A stretch of 64,000 bases of DNA from the NCBI RefSeq assembly GCF_006345805.1, contig NC_043001.1, positions 28,954,001-29,018,000 on the forward strand. The letters are read 5' to 3'. Made by a program: the position numbers and the translations under genes. The first letter of the stretch is position 1. Each line of letters begins with the position of its first letter. Under the pieces are notes generated by a model that made no database searches, was not told where the DNA came from, and saw nothing but the letters and a program-made list of their open reading frames with translations. The DNA is from Octopus sinensis (lineage: Eukaryota). Positions 61,895-64,000 of this stretch are shown here, piece by piece.

Positions 61895-62270
61895 TATGGA
61901 AAAGTTTCATGGACCGGATTAGTAGACTATTTGAATGGGAGGAAATGATGGGAGCCGTCATCAACAACAAGTGGTGGGTCTCCTTAAAAAGGAAGATCAG
62001 CGAGGTGTCAGTTAGTTTTAGCAAAATTATTGTTTAGAAAACAACAGAATGGAAAATATATTAGATAGTAACTTAGAAGAGGTACATAGAAGTGGAATGG
62101 CAAATGACTTGTTAGCAGAAAGAATGGCACTCAACCATTTCTTTGATGTAAAACACAAAGGTTGTATTGTCTGAATTTGGGTGTGTGCCTTGAAACATGA
62201 ATGTTCAAAAGTTGTTGGTTGGGCCCAGGTTGTAGAGGCACAGCATAAAAACAAATCTAGGATTTACTCT
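61895..62270 (+). mobile_element. Degenerate L1/Tx1-clade LINE ORF2 fragment
   Basis: NKWWVSLKRKISEVSVSFSK, and frameshifted NLEEVHRSGMANDLLAERMALNHFFDVKHKGCIV, resemble the Tx1 EN-RT linker (WW..LK..I; EG..VR). Confidence 0.55.
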
Positions 62271-62321
62271 GTGACAACCCCAGTGGCTATGTACACTCCA
62301 CTTCCAAACAGATGAGCACGG

Positions 62322-62357
<36 letters not shown>

Positions 62358-62364
62358 CATTATT

Positions 62365-62850
62365 GAGTGAGAGAGCAGTGCATGCCATCGAAGTTTCACT
62401 GGGGTAAAATATACGAAGCCCAGTATACTCATCATGTCTACCCGTCTGATAAGGGTACACCAGGCACATGCATCACAACCATATGTGCACGACATGGTGA
62501 TCTCATATCAAGGTAAACAGCGCATTACCATGCAGGTGGGGCCCAGTTAGAATTTTCTTTTGGTCGAGTAACCCACCCCTCTCAAAAGGTCCCTGAATAA
62601 GGGTTGTTTAAGGATGTTGAACGAAACACCCATGTTTCCAGAGGTGAATTATTCAAACCCAAAAGAATCCCTCTCAACACATTGCTATGATGCTCCCCCA
62701 CTACTTCTGCCCATAATCAGAAAGGCAAATATTGTTAGCCACTAAGGGACATGCTCAACTGGTTACGGTCAAACAACTGACAAGCAAATCTGTGGTATTG
62801 AGCAGACTATTTGCTGTAGCCCATCTTTTATACCAAGACAAAACAATGAG
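62365..62850. repeat. Second copy of the unclassified 21830-22378 repeat
   Basis: Direct homology; preceded by (ATT)n. Confidence 0.85.
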
Positions 62851-63164
62851 AAGATGAGCTGGCAGAATCATTAGCATGCTGGACAGAATGCTTAGTGGTA
62901 TATTGCACATGTCTCTCTGTTCTAAGTTCAAATTCTGCCAAGGTTGACTTTATCTTTCATCCTTTTAAGGTCGATAAAATAAGTATCAATTGGACACTGG
63001 GGTTAATGTAACTGACTCGTCCTCTCCCCCAAAATTGCTACCCTTGTGTAAAAATTTGAAACCATTATTATTATTATCATTATTATAATTGCCTTTGCAC
63101 AGCTTCTAATGCTGGAGATGTACTACAGTGTCAGCTGTTCACTATCAGTGAACTAAGGTAACAC

Positions 63165-63420
63165 CTCTTATTTTTTGAGCACCTTCTGGAGTATCCGAGC
63201 AGTTCCAAGCAGTGCTGTTTTCTGCAAGTGCTCCACCCTTATTGCAGCCCCTATTTGTTCCACGTACTTCTTGAGATTTTCGCTCACTGTTCACAGGGCT
63301 CTGACAATTATTAGTACTACTGCTACCTTTCCCATCGACCACAACTGCTTAACTTCCCAAGCTAACCCATCATATCTCTCGACTTTTTTTTCTTCCTTCT
63401 CACATATCTTGTTATCAGCT
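63165..63420 (-). mobile_element. R4/Dong-clade C-terminal fragment
   Basis: Encodes WEVKQLWSMGKVAVVLIIVRAL*TVSENLKKYVEQIG...LQKTALLGTARIL. Confidence 0.75.
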
Positions 63421-63429
63421 GGGCTATTA

Positions 63430-63750
63430 TTCTATCTATCTGTCCGCTCAGTCGAAGTCTACTCTCCATTACTCAATAGATCAGTGTTCTCCAGCCAGTT
63501 CTATCCTTTCAGATTGGTTATGGCCATTCCTGTGTCACTTGTGATGGTGTCAAGCCAGCGGGTTCTTAGTTGGCCTCTTTCTCTCTTGCCACTGACCATT
63601 CCGAGCATGATGTCCTTCTCCAGGGATTTTCTCCACATAATATGACCAAAATATGCCAATCTATGCTTGGTGATCCTAGCTTCTAGTGACAGTTTCGGCT
63701 TCGTCTGGTTAAGAACTTCTCCATTGGCGAGCCCCAATGTCCATGGAATC
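63430..63750 (-). mobile_element. RTE-clade LINE 3' end, same family as 25845-26352
   Basis: Encodes NGEVLNQTKPKLSLEARITKHRLAYFGHIMWRKSLEKDIMLGMVSGKR. Confidence 0.9.
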
Positions 63751-63751
63751 C

Positions 63752-63811
<60 letters not shown>

Positions 63812-63874
63812 CATTATTATTATTATTATCATTATCATTCTTCTTCTTCTTCTTCTTATTATTATTATTATTCA

Positions 63875-64000
63875 GTAGTTTTATTTTTATAGAGTGCTTT
63901 CACTTCACTACCGAATGCAGCTCTGTGTGCCTTGGGTATGTGCTGTGATTTGTTGTGATGCTCTGATGGTTATTGTATGGAAAGTGTTCTGCGTAGGATG
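63875..64000 (-). mobile_element. R4/Dong 3' end abutting (ATT)n (63752-63872)
   Basis: Reverse complement of 33330-33456, ending CTACTG next to the (AAT)n tract. Confidence 0.88.

Overview
This is AT-rich, repeat-saturated eukaryotic genomic DNA. The SINE families and microsatellite load are consistent with an octopus (cephalopod) genome; that assignment is inference. One protein-coding gene is supported, on the + strand. It has a CpG-rich promoter and non-coding exon near 19.5-19.8 kb, a signal-peptide exon at 21150-21249, and ten further phase-compatible GT-AG exons up to 60010, and it continues beyond the window. The roughly 550-aa partial product has helical L-x-x-LG-x-L...DI-x-x-I repeats resembling the mesothelin/otoancorin/stereocilin family. 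Everything else is transposon-derived or simple repeat: Tc1/mariner elements of several lineages, TTAA-, hAT- and TA-type MITEs, Helitron-like elements, solo LTRs, LINE fragments (CR1, RTE, R4/Dong, Tx1, Penelope), four SINE families, long hairpins and many microsatellites. No real tRNA, rRNA or CRISPR array was found, and most ORFs in the supplied track are microsatellite or antisense-repeat artefacts. No database search was possible, so all family names come from recalled motifs.
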